Assembly: GCA_963749545.1 (NCBI GenBank)
Contig: CAVVNG010000003.1
Span: 207,786-271,785 of the forward strand
Source of the DNA: an uncultured Solirubrobacterales bacterium
GTDB lineage: Bacteria; Actinomycetota; Thermoleophilia; Solirubrobacterales; Solirubrobacteraceae
Direction: 5' to 3'
DNA: 64,000 nucleotides
A program made the translations under genes and the position numbers. The notes beneath the pieces are model-generated. The model saw only the letters and a program-made list of their open reading frames with translations, was not told the DNA's origin and made no database searches. Positions 45,001-53,900 of this stretch are shown here, in pieces. Numbering within the stretch: the stretch's first letter is position 1; each line of letters begins with the position of its first letter.

Positions 45001-45510
45001 CGTCAGCACGCCGGCCCTCGCCCGTAGCTCGGGCACCCCCACCTCCTGGCCGAGGGCCGTCACCGACTGCGTCAGCGCGAGAGCTGCACGCACCGCGCGC
45101 TCAGCATCGTCCTCGCGAGCCTGGGGGCTGCCCCACACAGCCATGACCGCGTCGCCGATGAACTTCTCCACGGTGCCCCCGTATCGCTCGATGAGTGTGC
45201 GGCAGCGATCGAAATAGCGCGAGAGCAGCTCCCGCACCTCCTCGGGATCGCGGTGCTCAGACAGCGTCGTGAAACCGACGAGGTCCGCGAACAGCACTGA
45301 TACGAGCCGGCGCTCGGTGACATGCTGCGGTTCCCCGGGCGGTCCCGCGCCGGTCGTGGCCGCCCGCGGAGCTCCGCACGCACCGCAAAAGCGATCCGCG
45401 GGATCGGTGGCAGCCCCACACGCCGCGCACACTGTGGCCAGCGCCGCTCCGCACTGGACACAGAACCTGTGGCCAAGCCGGTTGTCCGCACCGCAGCTCC
45501 GGCAGTTCAT
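42043..45510 (-). CDS. double zinc-ribbon + class III adenylate/guanylate cyclase + AAA ATPase + TPR protein
   Basis: The N-terminus is MNCRSCGADNRLGHRFCVQCGAAL..CAACG...FCGACG. The cyclase core is VSVLFADLVGFTTLSE...EKFIGDAVMAVWG...GDTVNTASRL. The P-loop is VLGEAGSGKSRLL. A long TPR-like C-terminus follows. Confidence 0.9.
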   Translation of the reverse strand: MNCRSCGADNRLGHRFCVQCGAALATVCAACGAATDPADRFCGACGAPRAATTGAGPPGEPQHVTERRLVSVLFADLVGFTTLSEHRDPEEVRELLSRYFDRCRTLIERYGGTVEKFIGDAVMAVWGSPQAREDDAERAVRAALALTQSVTALGQEVGVPELRARAGVLTGRAAVELGAESEGMVLGDTVNTASRLQSIAHPGCVLVDDITRRASEAAIAFEDAGVHHVKGREQPVRTWMALRVVAGAGGARRGAGLEAQFVGREPELEVVIESAEASAADNRARLITVLGEAGSGKSRLLWEFFKYVDGSSADRWWHQGRCLSYGEGVGYWAVAEMVRTRAGILEEEPPHSARAKLRAVVEQHVPDERERGLIEPRLAHLLGLEQRTASEAADLFSGWRLFFERMAQTYPVILAFEDVQWADSGLLEFIDYVLEWSAEFPIFILALGRPEVEARLTNLGRLVRLGPLNSASMRTLLDSVVPGLPEDLMARILGRAEGVPLYAVETVRMLLDRGILTEQGQRYIVSAAIGDLEVPETLQALVAARLDNLDAVERSTLQDAAVLGMAFPTAALAAVSGRPEGDVEVILDGLVAKQVLGRHEDSRFAEQGQYHFLQGLLRTIALDTLSRRDRKARHLAAAGYLRSAWGDATEIAEVLASHYLDAVKADPDAPDADAIRASARETLAAAGRRAGSLALAAEARHYFEQAAALADDDVERSSLLAEAGVAAARAGDPDAAHTLLTDAIAVLDATGRDEDAARNRALLANVLIDENRLEEAGELIDRARQVLSGEQTLAELAARRGRVAFLTGNYTRALEESERALSIADPCGLRPVLAEAAMTRGIALQYHGRLVEAGSVIALGLQVALESDVTDQALRGYFNLAEHRLSTGAPVEAGELLGRGLMLARERGYRSWEHDLVAQRVGVHAFSGEWDEALALSESLNTEGETGIIRLAAVFAPLILSARGDLAGLDAWLAAQVQPSEWHELAVVEGIAKGVALRAAGRSDEATPLITAAPEENLLGGLTHMFYLGDVLEALIESGQDTLVEELLAKRVHVELSLTRGQLQRASGLLQAERGELQRAEAEFAEAVIVIGDSGNPFALARTMLDHGRVLVELRRTEEATAVLRRARSMFERLRAKPWIERTDHLLRPAALAAD

Positions 45511-45667
45511 CGGCGAGCCATCCTACCCGCCCCGCGTGTGGCGATGGGCGCGGCTGGCAGGCGGTTCACTCAGCGGGGATCATTCAAGCGGCGTCACCGT
45601 AGAGGCCCGGGGCTCCTGGGGATCGGCCCGCTGGAGCCAACTCACTTCAGCCCCGGATGCGCCCGGC

Positions 45668-45853
45668 TCAGTACGTTTGCGTCCTCGTGGACGTGCCGGC
45701 TGCGTAGCGCGTCGCCGTGGCGTCCACTGGCCTGGAAAGGCGGATGCTGCGCACGATCTCAATGCCCATGGCCAGCGGGAAGCAGAGCAGCCACAGCAGT
45801 GGCGAGGTGAGAATCGGGTCGTCGGGAGCTGCGGAGTCGTGCAGCAGGTTCAT
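45668..45853 (-). CDS. hypothetical small membrane protein
   Basis: A strong RBS (GGAGG, 7-nt spacer) precedes the ATG at 45853. The protein has one hydrophobic segment, PLLWLLCFPLAMGIEIV. It lies between the Gly-rich protein and cyclase genes on the same strand. Confidence 0.45.
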   Translation of the reverse strand: MNLLHDSAAPDDPILTSPLLWLLCFPLAMGIEIVRSIRLSRPVDATATRYAAGTSTRTQTY

Positions 45854-46063
45854 CGCTTACCTCCGTAGGCTGTTGTGAGATGCCGGGCGTTCCGACGAAC
45901 CTCATCGTCTGACCGCAAGCGCTCTCAGCCAAGTCTCGGAAAGCGTTGCTTCACGAACCCTAGTCGTATGCCGCGCGACAGAGGCGATATGACCCGTCCA
46001 GCTCGACAGCATTGCTGCTTGCGCGACACGCCTTGGAGCGGGGCATGCCACCGGCGAAGCCGG

Positions 46064-47485
46064 CTACTTGAGCCGCAGCGTAAGGGTCGCGATGTGTCGC
46101 GTATGAGAGCCGGAGGTGGTCCTGAGCCAGACGCGCGCGCTGAGGCGGTGGCGTCTGCGAAGCAGCTTTCGGCCGGTCGCGTTCAGCGTGAGCACCGCCG
46201 TCGTATACCGCCCGACGGCGATCCTGAGTGTCGCGGCACCAATTGTGATCACCCCGGTGTGTCCGTGTGCGGCGAGCGTGAGCTTCATGGCACACACGCC
46301 CGTCCGCGCGGTCTGGCACGCGACCCCGACGAGAGCCGACGCCCCGCCCGGCCCTGCGGATATCGCTCGCGCCCCGCCCGCGAGCACGGACTCTCCGGGG
46401 AAGTCGACCTCGCTGTCGTTCGCTGGGCCCCACTCGATCACGATGGAGCCATCGAGCGGCGGGGACACGAACGGCTTCGGACCGCGCTCGAACGTGTACG
46501 TGGCTGCGCCACGTGGAGCGCGTGACGATCCGCCGCCACCACCACCGCCGCCGCCCACGTCAGGCGAATCGCTCTGGCTGCATCTGTTGCCCGCGATCGC
46601 CGGACAGTCGAATATCCCGCCACTGCCGCCGCCCCCGCCGCCGAAGTAGCCGCCGCCACCACCACCGCCCCCACCGCTGGCGTCCTTTAGGCCGCACCCC
46701 GGACAAGGACGCAGCTGCGCGTTGCCACCGCCGACGCCACCCACCCCGCTCGACCCACTGGAACCGCCGTTTCCACGCAGCCAGTAGGACGGGTTGCCAG
46801 CCCCGGTCGCCCCTGCCCTGCCGCCGGCCCCGGGCTGCACATTCGTGTCCTTCGACCCTTGCCCACCCCCACCACCCAGGACGCTGTTGGCGCTGAAGTC
46901 GGTGCGGCCCTCGCTCCCATCCTTACCCCCGCTCCCGCCGGTGCCGCCGCTCGTCCCGCTGATCGATCCGCCTCCGCCAGCCCCTCCCCCTCCCGCTGCG
47001 ACGATCAGCCGGGAGGTCAGCGCTCTGGCTCCACGTCCAATTGGCAAGGTCTGGATGTCCGTTGCTCCGCCGCCTCCTGCGCCGCTGTGGCCACCGCCGA
47101 TTCCCGGTGCTCCAACCCCTCCACCATTGAAGCCGCCCGGCGCGATCCGGCAGTTGGGCGGCGACTGGCAGGCCTGCCCATCGCTGTTCGCGCCGTGACG
47201 GCCGACCACGACGTACAGCTTCTCGCCGGGAACCACGACGAGCGTGCCGCTGACATCCGCCCCTCGTCCGCCGAGCGCTCCGTAGGGTCCGTCGCCGCCG
47301 TCTGCGCCCGTCGCGATGATTTCTGCCTTGTGCACGGCATCCGGCACGACGACGACGTGCTGTCCAGGCGAGAAGAACTCCATCTGGGTGCCGAATTCGT
47401 CGGACGAGTCGAACCCTGTCGAAGCTCCGTCGGCAGTGGGTGGTGGGGCGACCAGCGCGATCGCGATCAACGCCCCGATCATCAT
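46064..47485 (-). CDS. secreted glycine-rich domain protein (ALK/LTK-type glycine-rich domain family) with C-terminal beta-rich module
   Basis: GGAG lies 5 nt before the ATG at 47485, which opens the signal peptide MMIGALIAIALVAPPP. The family-like core is FFSPGQHVVVVPDAVHKAEIIATGADGGDG..GGRGADVSGTLVVVPGEKLYVVVG. Several poly-Gly runs of 8-10 residues follow. Confidence 0.7.
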   Translation of the reverse strand: MMIGALIAIALVAPPPTADGASTGFDSSDEFGTQMEFFSPGQHVVVVPDAVHKAEIIATGADGGDGPYGALGGRGADVSGTLVVVPGEKLYVVVGRHGANSDGQACQSPPNCRIAPGGFNGGGVGAPGIGGGHSGAGGGGATDIQTLPIGRGARALTSRLIVAAGGGGAGGGGSISGTSGGTGGSGGKDGSEGRTDFSANSVLGGGGGQGSKDTNVQPGAGGRAGATGAGNPSYWLRGNGGSSGSSGVGGVGGGNAQLRPCPGCGLKDASGGGGGGGGGYFGGGGGGSGGIFDCPAIAGNRCSQSDSPDVGGGGGGGGGSSRAPRGAATYTFERGPKPFVSPPLDGSIVIEWGPANDSEVDFPGESVLAGGARAISAGPGGASALVGVACQTARTGVCAMKLTLAAHGHTGVITIGAATLRIAVGRYTTAVLTLNATGRKLLRRRHRLSARVWLRTTSGSHTRHIATLTLRLK

Positions 47486-47568
47486 CCGTGCTCCGCGCTC
47501 GCTGGGGAACAAGGGTCCCACCGCATGCCGCTATCCGCAAGGCCTGCGACGTCGTAGCGAACCTCGTA

Positions 47569-48471
47569 CTACCCGGCGCGGTCGAGAAGCTGAGCAAGCG
47601 TCAGGGAACTGAGAACCGACGTCGGCCGCTCGGCGACGATGTCCGATCCTGGCCGGGCTTCTTCGTCACGCCGTTTGATGAGCAGCCACTGCGGCTTCTC
47701 GCCTCCCCGCGTACGCTGGAGCGCGAACCCGCCGCGGAGCTTCGAGCCATGCAGGACGAACACGGCATGACCGCGCTCGAGCGCCTCCGGCCACGGCACC
47801 CGCCCCCCCTGCTCGTAGGAGCCGCGGTCCCAGAGAATCACCCCGCCTCCACCGGTGCGATCTTCGAACCCGTTGTGCTGGGGCGAATGATCCTCAACCT
47901 GGACCGCGAACCGCTTGACCGCCGGATCGAGCGATGGCCCCTTGGGAACCGCCCACGAACGCATAACCCGGCCGACTTCGAGGCGCAAGTCGAAGTGATG
48001 GGCGGTCGCCTGATGCTCCTGGACTACGAACACACCGGCCGGCACTCCGCGCACCGCGAACTGCTCGTGCCCCTCGACGTCCGCGGGAGATACATCGACG
48101 GAGGCGGCGTCCTTTAACCCGGCGAGCCATGCCACAAGTTTGTCGACCGCGGTTGTGGGGCCCTCGGCGCGGACCAGCAACCGCGCGTCCTCGTCGGCCA
48201 GGCGTACCCATCCCGATAAGCCAAGCTCCAACGCCCGCGACTGCACCTCGGGGCATAGACCGGCCACCTCGCCGGCGACCGCGATCCGCAGACCAGACGC
48301 CTCGCTCACGCCATCGATTATCACCACCCCGGCCACAGGGCCACCGGTCAGATGTGGGCGGCAGGGCGAAGCGGCCCGAGAATCCGGCAACGTCAGGGGA
48401 AAGTTCGGGGTGAGTCCCGATGCGCGCTGTGGGCTTTCGCGGGAAGATCGGCGCCGTGCCGATGACCGCAA
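47569..48471 (-). CDS. acylphosphatase-like domain fused to a LigD 3'-phosphoesterase domain
   Basis: PE motifs are FVVQEHQATAHHFDLRLE, MRSWAVPKGPS, VEDHSPQH and KPQWLLIKRRD. The N-terminal segment, IAVAGEVAGLCPEVQSRALELGLSGWVRLADEDARLLVRAEGPTTAVDKLVAWL, follows the acylphosphatase fold pattern. The start codon is uncertain and probably lies downstream of 48471. Confidence 0.7.
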   Translation of the reverse strand: MRSSARRRSSRESPQRASGLTPNFPLTLPDSRAASPCRPHLTGGPVAGVVIIDGVSEASGLRIAVAGEVAGLCPEVQSRALELGLSGWVRLADEDARLLVRAEGPTTAVDKLVAWLAGLKDAASVDVSPADVEGHEQFAVRGVPAGVFVVQEHQATAHHFDLRLEVGRVMRSWAVPKGPSLDPAVKRFAVQVEDHSPQHNGFEDRTGGGGVILWDRGSYEQGGRVPWPEALERGHAVFVLHGSKLRGGFALQRTRGGEKPQWLLIKRRDEEARPGSDIVAERPTSVLSSLTLAQLLDRAG

Positions 48472-49412
48472 CCGACCGATTGCCGCGCCTCGGGGGGCGA
48501 CTCTTCCTCGGCGCTGGAGGCCTGGAGACGACGATGATCTTCACCGAGGGGATCGAACTGCCGTGCTTCGCCTCGTTCGTGTTGCTCGCCGCCGAGGGTC
48601 GCCGGGAGGCACTCCGGCGCTACTACGTCTCGTACATCGAGATCGCCCGGCGTCATGGTCTCGGTTTCACGCTCGACACGCCGACGTGGCGGGCGAGTGC
48701 CGACTGGGGCGCGAAGCTGGGCTATGGGGTGGCCGAGCTCGATGAGATCAACCGCTTCGCGATCAGCTTTGCGCAGGAGATCCGCGCCGCCGAGGAGACC
48801 GACGCAAGTCCGATCGCGGTCTGCGGGACGGTCGGCCCGAGGGGTGACGCCTACCACCCCGCGAGCGTGATGTCGGCCGAGCAGGCCCAGCACTATCACG
48901 CCGCCCAGATCGCGACCTTCAGTGAGGCCGGTGCGGACATGGTGAGCGCGTACACCCTCGGCTATGCGAGCGAGGCGATCGGGCTCGTCAGGGCGGCCAC
49001 CGCATGCGACATACGCATCTCGATCTCGTTCACGGTCGAGACTGACGGAAGGCTCCCGAGCGGCCAGCCGCTGGACGAGGCGATCGAGCAGGTCGACGCC
49101 GAGAGCGACCGAGCAGCGGCGTTCTTCATGATCAACTGCGCGCACCCGACGCACTTCGCCGCGTCCGAGAAGTGCGCCGGGACGTGGCTCCAGCGCCTCG
49201 GCGGCGTCCGCGCGAATGCCTCGCCTAAGAGTCACGCCGAGCTCGATCGGGCGACCGAGCTCGACCCCGGAGATCCCGCCGAGCTTGCCGCCGGCTACCG
49301 CGCGCTCAAGCCCCACCTCGCGAGCGTGCGGGTCCTCGGAGGCTGCTGCGGGACCGATAATCGGCACGTCGCCCGAATCTGTGCTGAATGGTTGAACCGG
49401 GGCCTGCGATGA
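48462..49412 (+). CDS. homocysteine S-methyltransferase family protein
   Basis: The ATG at 48462 gives MTATDRLP. Motifs are GGLETTMIF, GTVGPRGDAY, FMINCAHP and the zinc-ligand region LGGCCGTDNRH. Confidence 0.85.
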   Translation: MTATDRLPRLGGRLFLGAGGLETTMIFTEGIELPCFASFVLLAAEGRREALRRYYVSYIEIARRHGLGFTLDTPTWRASADWGAKLGYGVAELDEINRFAISFAQEIRAAEETDASPIAVCGTVGPRGDAYHPASVMSAEQAQHYHAAQIATFSEAGADMVSAYTLGYASEAIGLVRAATACDIRISISFTVETDGRLPSGQPLDEAIEQVDAESDRAAAFFMINCAHPTHFAASEKCAGTWLQRLGGVRANASPKSHAELDRATELDPGDPAELAAGYRALKPHLASVRVLGGCCGTDNRHVARICAEWLNRGLR

Positions 49413-49529
49413 AGCGGCGCCTCCGGCAGCTGTAGCTCCGTGTCGCGCTCCAGAGGGCGGCCATGACAGCAGCACGCGCGCGCACGCTCCACAGCGTCTC
49501 ACACGACGGTCGGCCGATGGTCCTCCGGC

Positions 49530-50858
49530 TCAGCCGGTGACCGGGCAGCGCGAGCGCGGTCGCGCGAGGTCGGCGAGCAGCCGCCTGATGAGGCCACGGT
49601 CGGTGACCAGCCCGAGATGGGAGACGCCCGGGTTGTCAGTGAGGCGGAACCGGTGACAGCGCATCTTGCGCCAGACGCCGACCGCGTTGTTGGTGATGTA
49701 TTCCTGGTTGCTGTCGCCGGGCAGATCGATGTAGTCCGCCGTGGCCTGGTCGACAACTTGGCCCCGTGTCAGGTTCGGCAGGACGATGCCGACAGGTGTC
49801 GGGAGGCCCGAGCCCTTCTCCGCGGCGACATCGACGTCGGGGAAGTGTCGGCGATCGGCAAAGCGGACGAAACCGAGGTAATGCTCGACCATCGGCTTGA
49901 TCGATTCCAGACCAGCGTCGTGCAGCAACCGTGCCGTATCGGCCGGGGTATAGCTCCGACCGGTCGCCCGATTCTTGATCACGACCTCGCGGCGCCCGAA
50001 CACGGCCGGGTCCGACGCGCTCATCCAGGTCGCCGGGGACAACGCCATCAGGCGCGCGCTGCTGCGCGCCGTCGCCACGGTTGTCGGCAACGAGAACGCA
50101 CTGGGTACCTCAACGCCCGTGAACACCCAGGTCCAAAGCGCGCCCTGTCCGGGAAGGTTGCCCGCGATGTCGGTGAATCCCTGGATGTACCTGTGTTTCC
50201 ACTCAGGCGAGACGTGCGTCAACAGATACTGGGCGTACAGCGGCCCGTTCGAGTGGCCGACGAGCCGGACGGGGCGCTGGTGGTTGAGCCGCCAGGTCCG
50301 CACGATCAGCCGTTTTGTCCGAGACAGAAACCCGTCCAGGTCAGGTGTGAGCCGGAAGTCGTAGCCGGCAACAACTAGGTTGCGGTCGGCCCTGTAGCCG
50401 GCGGCCTCGAGCGCCGCGTAGAGCGGGTTGTAGATCGGTGCGCTGGCCGTCTGCCCGTAGTGCGGGATCGACACCTTCACCCCGGGCGGCAGCGAGAAGC
50501 GTTTGGAGAACGAGAGACTGGAGTTCGACTTCCACCGCGGTGTGATCAGCTTGTCGCGACACACCTGACTGAACGTCGTCCCAACATTCGCGGGGATCCC
50601 GTCCTCGAACGAGCCAGAGCGCGGGCAGCCCTTTACGCCCGTCTGGTTATGGACGGTGACCCGCAGCACAGTCGTCCCGTAGCCGGGGAAAAACACGACC
50701 GGAGTGCGGGGCGCAGCCGCGACCGCCGGCGAGGACGCGAGTACGAACGTCGCCGCCATGGCGACAAATGACAAACGCCGCGTCGACGACACGAGCCAGG
50801 CCCTCACGTCGAAGGGCGATGAAATGGGTTGCTGCATTTGTTCGTTCATCGACCTCAT
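49530..50858 (-). CDS. secreted alpha/beta hydrolase, LCAT/lipase-like
   Basis: The signal-like N-terminus is followed by PVVFFPGYGTTVL and the nucleophile elbow VRLVGHSNGPLY. Confidence 0.7.
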   Translation of the reverse strand: MRSMNEQMQQPISSPFDVRAWLVSSTRRLSFVAMAATFVLASSPAVAAAPRTPVVFFPGYGTTVLRVTVHNQTGVKGCPRSGSFEDGIPANVGTTFSQVCRDKLITPRWKSNSSLSFSKRFSLPPGVKVSIPHYGQTASAPIYNPLYAALEAAGYRADRNLVVAGYDFRLTPDLDGFLSRTKRLIVRTWRLNHQRPVRLVGHSNGPLYAQYLLTHVSPEWKHRYIQGFTDIAGNLPGQGALWTWVFTGVEVPSAFSLPTTVATARSSARLMALSPATWMSASDPAVFGRREVVIKNRATGRSYTPADTARLLHDAGLESIKPMVEHYLGFVRFADRRHFPDVDVAAEKGSGLPTPVGIVLPNLTRGQVVDQATADYIDLPGDSNQEYITNNAVGVWRKMRCHRFRLTDNPGVSHLGLVTDRGLIRRLLADLARPRSRCPVTG

Positions 50859-50925
50859 TTTGAGTCAGTTCGCGCGCTTGGTATTCCATCGCATTCGGGT
50901 GTCTCGCGCACCTTCGACACGCGCC

Positions 50926-53900
50926 TCAGGCAATAGTGAGCTGGTCGAGCAGCGCTCCCCAGACCGGGTTGTACTGGTAGTTGTGGATGTGACGGGAGAC
51001 AAAATCCACCGCGTTGGGGGTGACGGTAGGGACGATGAGCGCGAGGTCGGTCAGCTTGCGGTCCAGACGGCCCCACAGCCCGTCGGCGGCGGCCGGCCGG
51101 GTGGGCTGTAGCGAGGCGGCGCTTTCGACCTGCCGATCGAATCGCGCGTTGCAGAACTCGCTCTCGTCCGTGGTGTCGAGGCCGTCACGGGCAACGAACT
51201 TCCCGCACGTGAACTTGCCGATGAAGTCACTGGCGGATGCGTAGTCGGCGCTGAAACCGCCGTCGACGATCTGGGCGCGGTTGCGAGAGTCGCCGGTGTA
51301 GCTGAAATAGGTGCTCTCGGGAAGCAGGCGCAGCGACGCGCGGTAGCCCAGCCTGCGAAGCGCCGTCACCGCAAGCCTGCTCTCCTCGATGGAACCCGAG
51401 GGCGACGGGTCGGCGTTCCAGACGACGACGGGCGTACCCCGGGTGCCCGAAGCGGCGACGAGGCGTTTCGCCCGCGTGGGATCGGTTCCCTTCCAGCGTC
51501 CGTCGTGGCCGGGACGGATGGTGTAGGGGCAATGACGGCGGTATCCCGGGAGCTCGGGCGGCAGCAGCTGGCAGGCGGGCTGCGCGGCAAGCGTTCCCCC
51601 CCAACCGTCGACGGCAGCGCCGCGGTCGTAGGCCAGGTTGATCGCTCGACGAACGGCAATCTGGTTGAACGGCGGGGCGTTGGTGTTAAGGAACATGAAG
51701 CCCGTCACCAGCGCGGGGTGAATGTGAACCTGGACGCGGCGGTTGACCAGCAGATCCCTCGCGTCCCGTCCCGGTAGCCGCCCGAGATTCGGATAGAAGT
51801 CAACCCGACCGCCGGCGATCGCAGCATTGGCGCGGGCTGGGGACAGCCCCAGCGGGATCGCTATGCGATTGGGATATCCGGAGGGCTGGGCGGCCGCCGA
51901 CCATTCGTGGAAGAAGGGATTGCGCACCAATCGCAGTTCGCGGCCCGCGCTATAGCGTGTGATCACGTACGGACCGGTGGCCGGAAGGGGCGTGCGAGCC
52001 TGCCGTTTTGGCGTCGCTGCGGGCAGGACGTAGGCGTAGCTGATGGTCAGCTTGTAGAGAAAGTCGGGGTCGGGCCTCGTCAGGTGAAAGGTGACGGTGC
52101 CGGTCCGATCGTCGGCGACGACCCCTTTAGACAGGTCACAGCGGCTGGGCGTCTCGAGGCACGGGGCCGCCCCGAGGATCGCTGCGTACACGGGCGCGCC
52201 TGAGGAGCCGATCGCGAACAGCCGCTCGAACGAGTGGGTGACATCGCTCGGTCGCAGCGGCGCACCGTTGGAGTAGCGGATTCCCGGTCTAAGCGTGAAC
52301 CTGTAGGTCCGTCCACCGTCGTCAGGCCTTGGGAGTGCCAGTGCGAGGTCAGGCACGAGGCGGCTGCCGTCAGGCCCGGCGACGTGATCGAGCGTCACGA
52401 GCCCGTCATTGGTCAATCCCAAGCCCTGCGGGGGAGGGACGTTCCATGATGTGCTGGCTGCGGGGTCGACGGTGTCGATCACCGCGTATGAGCCGACGGC
52501 GGTGAGGCTGCCTCCTGGGTGGGCGGCGGGGCCGTGGACGGCGACCCACAGCCCGTGGAGTGTGGCGAGCGACGAGATGCCGCCGCCGACGTGGACTCTG
52601 GTCACGACCGACATGGTTCGGGGATCGAGGCCGAGCACGATGCCGTGGCGCTCGTCCCCGACCCACAGATTGCCTCCGGCGCTCGCCAGCGTTCTCGGCG
52701 CGCCGCCGAGACCGAGCGGCGACGACGCTGTTCCGCCGTTGGAGCTCAGGCGTGACACCGTCGCGGCAAGCCGATCAACCACCCAGGTCCCGGCGTTGGT
52801 GGCAGCAATCGCGGCGGGTGCGCCACCTACCCGGACGGTCTGGGCGACAGTCGCTCTATGGGGATCGATCCGTTGCACCAGTCCCCGCTCGTCATCGGTC
52901 ACCCAGATGCCGTCGCCGATCGTTGTCAGGCTGCTTGGATCGCCGCCGATGCCAACGGTCGCCCGCCGCAAGCCGGTGGCCGGATCGAGCCGGCTGACCG
53001 TTCGATCGCGACGGTCGAGGATCCACAGGCTTCCCGCGTCGAAGGCGACGTCGCTCGCACCACCCGCCACCGCAACCGTCTGGACAACCGTGTCCGTTGC
53101 CGGGTCGATCGCGGACACCGTGCGATTGACCGGATCGAGGACCCATACCGCCCCACCGCCCACAACTATCCGGCTCGGCCTGGCGCCCAGGGGGATCGTG
53201 GCCAGAATCCGGTGGGCACTCGGGTCGATCCGGACGACGTCGCCAGCAGGCGCCTCCGTCACCCACAACGATCCAAACCCGGCCACCATGCCGCTCGGCG
53301 CCGCCCGCAGAGCAAGCGTCGCCTTGATCGCGCCGTCGGCCGGAGATACCAGGGCGACGCCGTCACCAGCGAGTGATCGCCCCGGCTGGAGTGTGCGCTT
53401 TCCCTCGGGCCGCGTCGTGGCGCCGACAAGAAACGCGACAAGGGCTACGGTCGCTACAGCGATTGCGACTTTGACCCGGCGACGGACATGACCGCGCCGG
53501 TCGGACGCCGGCGCGCGGACGGATGGCGCGACGACCACTGGTTCATCGTTGGCCGCCGGCTCGCCAGATGGTCGGTGCGACACGCTCTCAGGTAGGTCGA
53601 GCGCGGCGTCCTGTCGGAGGATCGCCCGCTCCAGTCCTCTCAGCGCGGGTCCGGGCTCAACCCCCAACTGGTCGACCAGATGCGCTCGTCCGTCCCGGTA
53701 GGAGGCGAGCGCCTCGGCCTGCCTGCCCGAGCGATACAACGCCAGCATCGCCTGGCCGCGCACGCGCTCTCGCAGCGGGTGCTCGGCGACCATCCGCTCC
53801 AGCTCGGGCACGAGCCGGCGGTGGCGGCCCAGCGCCAGGTCGGCGTCGATCCGTTCCTCAGTCGCGACGAGCCGCATCTCGGCAAGCCGGTCGATCTCGA

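Noticed and set aside
46480-47100. A GGC/GCC-rich repetitive stretch, considered as a possible simple-sequence repeat, CRISPR array or other non-coding repeat.
   Set aside because: There is no regular repeat/spacer structure. It is the coding sequence of the poly-Gly tracts of the glycine-rich protein on the minus strand.
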